This document shows positions 42,080 through 50,323 of a stretch of 64,000 bases of DNA, piece by piece. Numbering within the stretch: the first letter of the stretch is position 1; each line of letters starts with the position of its first letter. The stretch covers positions 64,001 through 128,000 of the forward strand of contig CAVYNY010000013.1 of NCBI GenBank assembly GCA_963769935.1. The letters run 5' to 3'. A program made the translations under genes and the position numbers. Below the pieces are notes generated by a model that made no database searches, had not been told where the DNA came from, and saw nothing but the letters and a program-made list of their open reading frames with translations. This DNA comes from an uncultured delta proteobacterium (GTDB lineage Bacteria; Desulfobacterota; Desulfobacteria; Desulfobacterales; JAFDCJ01).

Positions 42080-42379
42080 CTACCTTGCGGTTCCGATATA
42101 GGTCCCCGCTTTTTTCAGAATATGCTCCATCTCAGCAATGGTGACCCGCGACGGATCATAATAAACTGTGTTTATCTCTTTGAATTTCTGAAACCCTTTT
42201 TCGATCTTTTTTACTCCCGGCAGCCCATCCAGGGCTGCTTGGCCCACATCATATCACTGGACATAAAACACGGTTTTGGCTAATGCGGGATCCTCGGCAT
42301 GTGCGCTGGCGTAACTGCCGAGGATTAAAAGCGTAAAAAAGGCCAACCTGAGGCCAAATTTTCGATTGTGTTTTGGCAT
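42080..42379 (-). CDS. Unannotated exported mini-MsrA-like selenoprotein, 99 aa, Sec42 at UGA 42254-42256
   Basis: MPKHNRKFGLRLAFFTLLILGSYASAHA-EDPALAKTVFYVQ-U-YDVGQAALDGLPGVKKIEKGFQKFKEINTVYYDPSRVTIAEMEHILKKAGTYIGTAR*. RBS AAGGGA, SECIS-like hairpin, gapless alignment to the MsrA N-terminus. Confidence 0.82.
42220..42238 (-). promoter_or_regulatory. SECIS-like hairpin of the mini-MsrA gene
   Basis: GCAGCCC-UGGAU-GGGCUGC, a perfect 7-bp stem starting 15 nt after the UGA with GG in the apical loop. Confidence 0.8.
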
Positions 42380-42470
42380 GGTTTTATCCCTTCGATGGTT
42401 GTTATGCCGGACTGATTATATCGCTATTTTTGGTTCTGTCTTGTTTGATCTGTAATTTAATCAGTCAGCT

Positions 42471-42508
42471 TCACGGGATCATCACGAAATTATAACATTT
42501 CTGTCACA
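42471..42508 (-). promoter_or_regulatory. OmpR/PhoB-type direct-repeat box array
   Basis: TCACG 42471, TCACG 42482, TAACA 42493, TCACA 42504: exact 11-bp period, followed on the minus strand by a TAAATT -10-like hexamer. Confidence 0.7.
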
Positions 42509-42522
42509 AAATTTGCGGAGTC

Positions 42523-42752
42523 CTTACCTTGGATAAACCAGAACCCAAAAAGCAGGCGGTTGCTCGAATTTCATACTTTTATTTAGAAACTATTTAACTA
42601 AAATCACGTCGTGTTTGCACATGAATTATGCAGCAATCAGATTGAATATTTTAGGTATGTTACCGATTTTAAATTTAAAAGACAGAGCGAAGCGATACAA
42701 CAGATATTCAATCTTCAATTTTCAATATTCAATTCCGGCTTGTCCGGGTTAG
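42523..42752. repeat. MITE-like element with imperfect terminal inverted repeats, carrying a four-helix-cassette-type arm
   Basis: CTTACCTTGGATAAACCAGAA ... TTCCGGCTTGTCCGGGTTAG; internal ATATTCAATCTTCAATTTTCAATATTCAAT is nearly identical to 28969-28998. Confidence 0.65.
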
Positions 42753-44242
42753 GGGCGGGTGCGGGCAGGGAGTCGGGCCGGCAGGGAAAATGTAAAACAG
42801 GTGCCGGTTCCCGGTGCACTTTCGACCCTGATGGTTCGATCGTGCAATTCTAGGATGCGCCTGGCAATGGCCAGTCCGAGTCCGGAATATCCTGTTTTGC
42901 CGTTTTGCGTTTGATCTCTGTGATAAAATCGGTCAAAAATAAACGGCATATCTTCCGCAGGGATACCGCAACCGGTATCGCTGACACGCACGGCGATATC
43001 ACCGTTTTGCGGGCTGAAAGCCAGCCGGATCGAACCGCCGGCGGGGGTGTGGCGCACGGCGTTTTCGAGCAGGTTTTCGATGACCCGCTCAATCATGGCG
43101 ATGTCGGCGTTTGCGAAAGGCAGGCTTTGATCAAGGTCGACCTGAATGGCGATTTGTTTTTCACGGGCGGATAAATCGAATTTTTGTACCACATCCTGCG
43201 CCAACTCGCCGATGTTAAACGGTTCATAGCGGGCCTTGGTCTCATGTGAATCCAGTTTGGCGAGTTCGAAAAGCGCATCGACCAGTTTAGCGAGCCTCTC
43301 ACAATGCCGGATGGCAATCTCAAGGTGTTGTTTGCGTTCCTGGGCGGTCAGGTTTTTGTCTTTAAGAAAAAGCGTTTCGATATACCCCTGCAATGTGGCC
43401 AGCGGCGTTCGCAGGTCGTGGGACACGTTGGCGACAAGTTCACGGCGCGACATGTCCGCCTTTTGCAATTTTTCCATTTGCAAATTAATGCGTTCAACGA
43501 GCTGATTAAACGTAAAAGTCAATCGGTCGATTTCATCGCCCTGCTGCCGGTCCTTGACGCGGATGGATTGCAGCCGGGCCGCCGTCTGCGCCCCGTCGAA
43601 GGAATCCATAACGGAGGCCAGGCGTCTCAGTCGACGGGTCAGGTAGGCAAACAACAGCAATCCCGTAACCAGCGCAAAAAAAAGGCTGGCGGCGATCCAC
43701 CAGAAGCTTAACCGCAGGATGTAGCTGCCTTTGAGGTTCTGGACGATGCTGTCGAAAATTTCTCCGCCCAGGATAATGTACAGATATCCCTGCAGCGGGC
43801 CCTGTTCCGGAATGCGCGCGGCCGTAAAAACTTTTTTTCTTCCCGGATTGCGGGGGTCATCGCCGGTCAGCGGAAGCACGACGTCCTTTTCAAACCAGGA
43901 CTTGATCGGCGCCATATCAACGCGGTCCAGCTTGACCTTGCCGGGCGGTGCCGAATAGGCCAGGATCCGGCCGGCGGGATCAAGCAGGTAAACCTCAATG
44001 CTGGGATTGACCACCATCAGCATGTTAAAAATATCTTTGAGCCCCTTCTCATTGATGCGATGCGCCTGCATGAGGATCTTTTGGGCGACGATTTGCCGGG
44101 CCAGATTGCGGTTGAGTTTCTGAACGACTTCCTGCTGGTACATGTCCGATGCAAACTGGGTGACAATGACAATCGACACGCCCAGCAAACAAAACACCCC
44201 GAGCAGTGTCATCGCAAGTTTTGCGTAAAGGGATTTAACCAT
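42749..44242 (-). CDS. HAMP-domain sensor histidine kinase
   Basis: Two TMs around a periplasmic domain, HAMP, NVSHDLRTPL, NLLENA, DTGCG and GLGLAI; TGATG coupling to the regulator. Confidence 0.93.
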   Translation of the reverse strand: MVKSLYAKLAMTLLGVFCLLGVSIVIVTQFASDMYQQEVVQKLNRNLARQIVAQKILMQAHRINEKGLKDIFNMLMVVNPSIEVYLLDPAGRILAYSAPPGKVKLDRVDMAPIKSWFEKDVVLPLTGDDPRNPGRKKVFTAARIPEQGPLQGYLYIILGGEIFDSIVQNLKGSYILRLSFWWIAASLFFALVTGLLLFAYLTRRLRRLASVMDSFDGAQTAARLQSIRVKDRQQGDEIDRLTFTFNQLVERINLQMEKLQKADMSRRELVANVSHDLRTPLATLQGYIETLFLKDKNLTAQERKQHLEIAIRHCERLAKLVDALFELAKLDSHETKARYEPFNIGELAQDVVQKFDLSAREKQIAIQVDLDQSLPFANADIAMIERVIENLLENAVRHTPAGGSIRLAFSPQNGDIAVRVSDTGCGIPAEDMPFIFDRFYHRDQTQNGKTGYSGLGLAIARRILELHDRTIRVESAPGTGTCFTFSLPARLPARTRP

Positions 44243-44964
44243 CAGCCGGATTCTTTCAAAGCTTCGCTGTCTACAAACTTGTAGCCGACCCCCCATACGG
44301 TGAGAATATATACGGGATGAGCGGGATCCTTTTCGATCTTGGCGCGCAGCCGATTGATGTGCGAATTGACCGTATGCTCGTAGCCGTCATGCCCGTAGCC
44401 CCAGACTCTATCCAGCAGCTGGGACCGGGTATAGACCTTGCCGGGGTTGCGGGCAAAATGCAGCAGCAGGTCGAATTCCTTGGCCGTCAGGTCGACGCTT
44501 TGACCCCCGCAGCGGGCAATTCTTTTGGTTGGATCAATCTCCAGGTCGGCGGCCCGGATGACGGCCGGCACAGCCTCACCGGTCCCCTCCGTTAATTCCT
44601 CCACGCGTCTTAAGATGGCTTTGACCCTCGCCAGCAGTTCTCTGATGCTGAACGGTTTGGTGACGTAGTCGTCCGCCCCTATTTCCAGCCCGAGCACCCG
44701 GTCCATTTCCGAGGACTTGGCGGTCAGCATCAGGATGGGCAGGTAAGCGGGCCTGCGGCGCAGGCGCCGGCAGACTTCCATGCCGTCCAGCCCCGGCAGC
44801 ATCAAATCGAGGATCACTAAATCATAATTAACAGAATTTGCTCTGGCAAGCCCTGTTGGACCGTCAAAGGCCACATCGACCTGAAATGCCAGGTCCCGCA
44901 GATGATTTTCTACAAGATGCGCCAGGTCCCGGTTGTCTTCAATGATTAGAATTTTTTTGGTCAT
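44242..44964 (-). CDS. OmpR/PhoB family response regulator
   Basis: ILIIED, LDLMLPG, GADDYVTKPF, LTAKEFDLL, HINRLRAKIE and TVWGVGYKF. Confidence 0.95.
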   Translation of the reverse strand: MTKKILIIEDNRDLAHLVENHLRDLAFQVDVAFDGPTGLARANSVNYDLVILDLMLPGLDGMEVCRRLRRRPAYLPILMLTAKSSEMDRVLGLEIGADDYVTKPFSIRELLARVKAILRRVEELTEGTGEAVPAVIRAADLEIDPTKRIARCGGQSVDLTAKEFDLLLHFARNPGKVYTRSQLLDRVWGYGHDGYEHTVNSHINRLRAKIEKDPAHPVYILTVWGVGYKFVDSEALKESG

Positions 44965-45130
44965 GCGGGTGGTCACTTGATGGATTATTGACGCTTGACG
45001 ATTTAAGGATTTCAATCGTTTTTAATTTTATAAAATGCCAAATTGCCTCAAAAAAGTAAATAAAAGAATATTTTTTTCATTTGACAAAATTTCTGTATTC
45101 AATAATCTTGTTCGCAGATCGATCCAAGCA

Positions 45131-45328
45131 ACCTATTTCGAGACCGAACTGGTTACCCAGATCCGCAACGATCCGGAGCGCTTCAATTTCATCAACGAAC
45201 GCACGCCCATGGGCCGGTGGGGCTATTTGCCCGAGCTGGAAGGCGCCCTGACATTTCTGGTCTCCCCGGCCTCGGATTTCATCACCGGCCGGACGATCTA
45301 TGTCGACGGCGGATGGACGATATGGTAG
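45131..45328 (+). pseudogene. C-terminal fragment of an SDR oxidoreductase
   Basis: TYFETEL...RTPMGRWG...ASDFITGRTIYVDGGW with no Rossmann GxxxGxG or YxxxK upstream. Confidence 0.8.
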
Positions 45329-45403
45329 TTTTTTGTTATAAATCGATAGCTAATAACCATTAAACCATTAACCAAAAACCAATAACTAATACCGGGAGCC
45401 ACC

Positions 45404-46876
45404 ATGAAACTAAAAAACGGGGCGGAATATATCGAAAGTTTGCGTCAATTGAAGCCCAATATATACTACAAAGGCGAGCGCATCACGGATGTCACGCGTC
45501 ATCCAGCGACGGCGCCGCATGTGCGCGCCGCCTCCATGACCTACGCGCTGGCCGCCAAGCCGAAGTACCGCGATCTGGCCACGGCCACTTCCCACCTGAC
45601 GGGCCGCACCATCAGTCGCTTTACCCACGTGCATCAAAACATCGAAGACCTGATCAAAAAGATCAAACTGCTGCGGGTGCTGGGTCAGAAAACCGGCACC
45701 TGTTTTCAGCGCTGTGTGGGATTTGACGGCATCAACGCCGTATATTCGGTGGCCTATGAGATCGATCGGAAGCATGGCACCGATTATCTGAAACGGTTCA
45801 CATCGTGGCTGATCGGCATTCAGGACGAAAACCGGATGGTGGTCGGCGCCATGACCGACCCCAAGGGCGACCGCTCCAAAAGCCCGGCCCAGCAGCCGGA
45901 TCCGGACCAGTATGTGCACGTGGTCGAACGCCGAGCCGACGGCGTGGTCATCCGGGGCGCCAAGCTGCACATGACCGGCGCGGTCAACTCCCATGAAATT
46001 CTGGTCATGCCCACCACCGCGCTGGACGAGCGTTCAAAGGACTTTGCGATGGTGTGTGCGATTCCGATCGACGCCCCCGGCATCACCTTGATTTTCGGCC
46101 GCCAGGCGGGCGACGACCGACGCGACAAGCAGGAGCGGATCGACTCGGGCAAGCCGCGCTTCGGGATCGTGGGCGGCGAGGCCGTGATCGCATTCGAAGA
46201 TGTGTTCGTGCCCAATGAGCGGATTTTCCTGAACGGCGAGACCGAGTTTACCGGCCTGCTGGTCTATCGTTTTGCGGCCCATCACCGGGCCAATTACGGG
46301 GCCTGCAAAACCGGGCTGATGGATGTGCTGACAGGGGCGGTCAGCTACCTCGCGCAGATTCAGGGGGCAGCCCAGGGCTCGCATATCAAAGACAAGGTGA
46401 CCGAGATGATCCACCTGAGCGAGACCCTTTACAGCTCATCGATCGCCTGTTCGGCCGAAGGGGTGCCGACCCCCTCCGGGGCTTACATGGTGGACACGAT
46501 GCTGGCCAACGTCTGCAAGCAGAATGTGACCCGCTTCCACTTCGAAGTGGCGCGGCTGGCCACCGACATTGCGGGCGGGTTCATCGCCACCATGCCCAGC
46601 GAGTACGACCTGAGAAGCGAGGATGTCGGCCATCTGGTCAAAAAGTATTTTGTCGGGGTGTCCGAGATTCCCGTGGAAGACCGCATCAAGATCGGCCGGC
46701 TGATCGAGGCCATGACCGGCGGCACGGCCATGGTGGAGTCCATGCACGGGGCCGGCTCGCCCCAGGCCCAGCGCATCATGATTTTTCGAGAAGGCAAACT
46801 GGCCGAAAAAATCAAGCTCGCCAAAGCCCTGGCGGGGATTCCCCAGCACAAAAAAGGGGAAAAGGCGTCGAAATGA
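45404..46876 (+). CDS. 4-hydroxybutyryl-CoA dehydratase (AbfD)-like FAD/[4Fe-4S] protein (HpaB fold)
   Basis: TGTCFQRCVG, AMTDPKGDRS, HHRANYGACK and ESMHGAGSPQAQR. Confidence 0.88.
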   Translation: MKLKNGAEYIESLRQLKPNIYYKGERITDVTRHPATAPHVRAASMTYALAAKPKYRDLATATSHLTGRTISRFTHVHQNIEDLIKKIKLLRVLGQKTGTCFQRCVGFDGINAVYSVAYEIDRKHGTDYLKRFTSWLIGIQDENRMVVGAMTDPKGDRSKSPAQQPDPDQYVHVVERRADGVVIRGAKLHMTGAVNSHEILVMPTTALDERSKDFAMVCAIPIDAPGITLIFGRQAGDDRRDKQERIDSGKPRFGIVGGEAVIAFEDVFVPNERIFLNGETEFTGLLVYRFAAHHRANYGACKTGLMDVLTGAVSYLAQIQGAAQGSHIKDKVTEMIHLSETLYSSSIACSAEGVPTPSGAYMVDTMLANVCKQNVTRFHFEVARLATDIAGGFIATMPSEYDLRSEDVGHLVKKYFVGVSEIPVEDRIKIGRLIEAMTGGTAMVESMHGAGSPQAQRIMIFREGKLAEKIKLAKALAGIPQHKKGEKASK

Positions 46877-47443
46877 CTTCTTATTACAACCAGAAACCGT
46901 GGCGGGCAACCTATCCCGAATGGCTGCCGGGGGAACTTCCGGTACCGGTGGTCAGCCTGCTGGACGAATTTATACAGTCCGCCACCGCCTATCCGGATGA
47001 TCCGTGTCTCCACTACTATGAACGGATACCGGGAAAAACCGGAGGAAACGGCCAATGCCATTCGCAACGGCCGCTTGCACACCGGCGATGTGGCTAAGCT
47101 CGATGAACACGGCTGGTGTTTCATCGCCGACCGCCAAAAATATCTAATCAACGCCTCCGGGTCTAAAGTCTGGCCGCGCGAAGTGGAGGACGTACTCAAT
47201 CAGCATCCCGGGGTCAGAGAAGCGGCCGTGGTCGGCGTACCGGATGCTTACCGGGGCGAAACAGTCAAAGCTTTTGTTGCCCTGACGGACGAGTACAGAG
47301 AAACCGTCACAGCGAACGACTTGACTCACTTTTGCAAAGAGCGCATGGCAGCCTATAAGTATCCACGGATCGTCGAAATCATCGATGAAGTTCCCAAGAC
47401 GCTGACCGGAAAGTATTTGCGGCGCAAACTGCGCGAGGTCTAA
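46873..47443 (+). pseudogene. Acyl-CoA ligase with a large internal deletion
   Basis: N-terminal KPWRATYPEW...YPDDPCLHYY is joined out of frame near 47018 to C-terminal MNGY...HTGDVA...PKTLTGK; the AMP-binding P-loop is missing. Confidence 0.82.
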
Positions 47444-47514
47444 GGCATAGGATCTCACCGCCGAAAAATTATTACTGCGAATACGTCACCGCAATTACGA
47501 AGAAGAGTACTTAG

Positions 47515-48774
47515 CTAGAAATCCAGGCCGAAAAATTTGATAAAAAACCGCTCGGCACATTTTTGCAGGACGGCATAGGAGTAATGTTTTAAGGCGATTT
47601 CATAATTCGTATTCACCATGATCTCTCGTCGTTCAGGGGATGTTAAAATCTCTTTGACCCGGGATACGGTTCTCCGGTTTAGATATCCGTCCATGGCAAT
47701 CAAATCGAATCCCTTAGGCTCAATATCTCTGACAAAAGTCGCATAACGATTGATGAGCAATGGTTTCCTGAAATAGACGGCATCAAGAAAGGCATTGCCG
47801 AAACCCTCATACAGGCTCGGATAGGTTATGAAATCCGCGTGGGGGTAAACATCCCACAGCGAAATCTGACGGCCATGCGATTCAAAGCCGGCGGGGTCGT
47901 CAGAGCTCGTATTTACCATTCGCAGATCCACGCCCCTTTGCAGGGCACTTTCCTGCAGCCAGATTCCGTATTCATAAGCTTCGGCTTCAACTTCATGAGT
48001 GATAAGCAGCTTGTAACGCGGATCGCCCAATTCCTCCACCAGTTGAATAGCGTGTTCGATACCTTTGCGCGGGATGATGTAGGTCGGCTGCAGAATGATG
48101 ACATCATCCGGTTTGAATCCCAGCGATTCCCGGAATTTTCGGATCTGTTTTTGATGGACTGTCGGGGGATTTTCAAAATCCTGGACATTCGGGATGATTG
48201 TCGACGAGATTCCGGCGCGCAACGCCAGTTCCTCCTGAGCCGCCGAGTTGATAACCACATGTTCTATGTTGGGCAGGTTCGGGGGAAATGCCATTCGCAG
48301 GTAATCTCCCACGGAATTTACCAGAAAACGGGGACTCTCCCAGTAGAAATTGTGGTGGTGCGCGACGGTAGGGATCTGGGTTTCGGCAATCGTTTCGGTC
48401 AGCGCAAGCCCGAGCGGAATGTGAACGGGATTGGTCAGAACATTGTGGGCGATGATAAGGTCTATCTTGAAGCGCCGGATAAATTCCTTGAGCTGCTGCT
48501 TCAAACAAACTTTCAGCTCGTAAATGCTGTCGGTAACCGATGCGTCGCGCCTCTTTTTCCCGAAAACCTGCTGATCGATCCAATGGTTTTTTTCATACAG
48601 GACAGCGGCTTCCGGCACCAGAAAGCTTTTATCCGGCGCACGATCCAGCATACCGGCAAACCAGAAACATTCGTGACTGTTTCTTTCCAGCACGGCAGCA
48701 CATTTGCCCGCTTCAAGGCTGACGCCGTCGGTCCCGGAAAATCGGGTTGCTATAAATCCTATATGCTTGCCCAT
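47515..48774 (-). CDS. Glycosyltransferase family 4 (mannosylglucosylglycerate synthase-like)
   Basis: RFSGTDGVSLE, HHHNFYWE, RKGIEHAI and TYPSLYEGFGNAF. Confidence 0.85.
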   Translation of the reverse strand: MGKHIGFIATRFSGTDGVSLEAGKCAAVLERNSHECFWFAGMLDRAPDKSFLVPEAAVLYEKNHWIDQQVFGKKRRDASVTDSIYELKVCLKQQLKEFIRRFKIDLIIAHNVLTNPVHIPLGLALTETIAETQIPTVAHHHNFYWESPRFLVNSVGDYLRMAFPPNLPNIEHVVINSAAQEELALRAGISSTIIPNVQDFENPPTVHQKQIRKFRESLGFKPDDVIILQPTYIIPRKGIEHAIQLVEELGDPRYKLLITHEVEAEAYEYGIWLQESALQRGVDLRMVNTSSDDPAGFESHGRQISLWDVYPHADFITYPSLYEGFGNAFLDAVYFRKPLLINRYATFVRDIEPKGFDLIAMDGYLNRRTVSRVKEILTSPERREIMVNTNYEIALKHYSYAVLQKCAERFFIKFFGLDF

Positions 48775-48983
48775 GACGTTTTCGTTAGTTTTATATTATC
48801 CGGTGGGAAATCTAAAGGCTGTTTCAGCAGGAACAGATTCGGATCAGATGGAATTAGACGCCCAGATCATTAGATAGTTATATACACAATTCGGATGGAC
48901 CGGGTCAAGTAAATGCTAACATTGCATAAATATTTCTATATCTTCATGTTTGGTAGAAGTAATGCGGTCGTTTTTACCCCGAC

Positions 48984-49080
48984 GATGCTGGCTGCTGGAT
49001 CCTTGATGCTGGATATTCTGGAATGCGCCGCGAGCGTGATCCGGAAACATCCAGTATCCAGAAACCAGTATCCAGGATCA
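48984..49080. repeat. Short inverted-repeat element (GATGCTG/CATCCAG 7-mers)
   Basis: GATGCTGGCTGCTGGATCCTTGATGCTGGAT ... CATCCAGTATCCAGAAACCAGTATCCAGGATC. Confidence 0.75.
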
Positions 49081-49229
49081 GGCAATAATGCCAATGACTT
49101 TCATTACCCGGCTAAATTCAAGAAGATACTTTATGCAACTTAAGGGTAATGATAGGGTTATATAAGGCCGTCCCGCCAAGTAAAGGAACGGCCATTCATA
49201 CTGCCCGCGGCATACCCGCCCGGGATACT

Positions 49230-49952
49230 TTAGTCGAAGGCCATCTCCGTTTTCCAGGCCTGCCAGACTTTTCCGACCAGATCCGGGCCCGGCTTGAGCG
49301 TCGTTTTGCCCGGTTTCCAGCCGGAGGGCGTAGCTTCCTTGCCCTTTGATTCCCGGACAAGCTGGAAGGCCTGGACTTGCCGGAATGTTTCCCCCACGTT
49401 GCGTCCGACCGGCGGCGTCAGCACCTCGTAGCCCTGAATCACACCGTCCGGATCAATGATAAAGCGGCCCCGGTTTTCGACCCCGGCTTCTTCATTGAAG
49501 ACGCCATATACTTTTCCCACCTTGCCCCCGGTATCCGACAACATGGCAAAAGGAATTCCGCCGTCCACCATTTTTGACAACTCGTGGTCATCCCACATTT
49601 TGTGGACAAACACACTGTCGATGCTCATGGATATTACTTCAACGCCCAGCTTCTGAAACTCCGGGTATTTTTCAGCAACTGCTGAAATCTCCGTTGCTCA
49701 GACAAAGGTAAAGTCGCCCGGATAAAAACAGAGCAGTACCCATTTGCCTAAAAACTCCGACAGCTTAAGTGAAATAAATTGTCCCTTGTGATATCCCGGT
49801 GCTGCAAAATCCGGCGCCTTTTGGCCGACATGAATCATAGCTGAAATCTCCTTGCGAGTAGTTGGAATTTCGTTTTTGGTTTCTTCTTCAGCAATCTCAC
49901 CGACCGGACCGCCGGTCGGTCGTGCACAGCCGACATCCATCTTTTCCGCCAT
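49230..49952 (-). CDS. prxU: Selenocysteine-containing peroxiredoxin, Sec at UGA 49698-49700 (240 aa)
   Basis: [31 protein letters not shown] continues in frame into the 132-aa track ORF; U occupies the peroxidatic Cys position of FTFVCPTE. Confidence 0.93.
49670..49687 (-). promoter_or_regulatory. SECIS-like hairpin of prxU
   Basis: UUUCAGC-AGUU-GCUGAAA, a 7-bp stem starting 10 nt after the UGA with G in the loop. Confidence 0.8.
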
Positions 49953-50323
49953 AATTCCCTCCTTTCATTTTATCAATAGTTATGGGATAATGTTCAAAAA
50001 CACATACCGTATTATAATTCTATTGTCAAAAGAAAAACGTTTCCCGCCAAACCCAATAGCCCCGCATTCCATTAGCCTATTACCTCATGCTATTCGATTG
50101 ACCTCCTATCCGATTACCTCCGATATCGACTGGAGAACATAGTTTTCAAAGCAGGGATAAGCACCCGTTCGAATTATGCCGAACTTGATATAAAGCCTGA
50201 GCTGCATTAATGTTAAAGGTCAGCCTTGTGCTATGCATTTATGGATGATACGGGTTGAATTTGACACGTGTGAAATGATTTGGTTATAGGCTTATTTAAA
50301 ACTGGGATAATGGCACACAAGCT

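Noticed and set aside
41945..42283. 112-aa plus-strand ORF across the msrAB upstream region
   Set aside because: It is antisense to msrAB and to the selenoprotein frame, which has an RBS, signal peptide, hairpin and homology support.
50007..50029. PerR/Fur box in the prxU promoter
   Set aside because: A TTGACA -35 is present, but the AT-rich spacer is only a weak palindrome and cannot be called.
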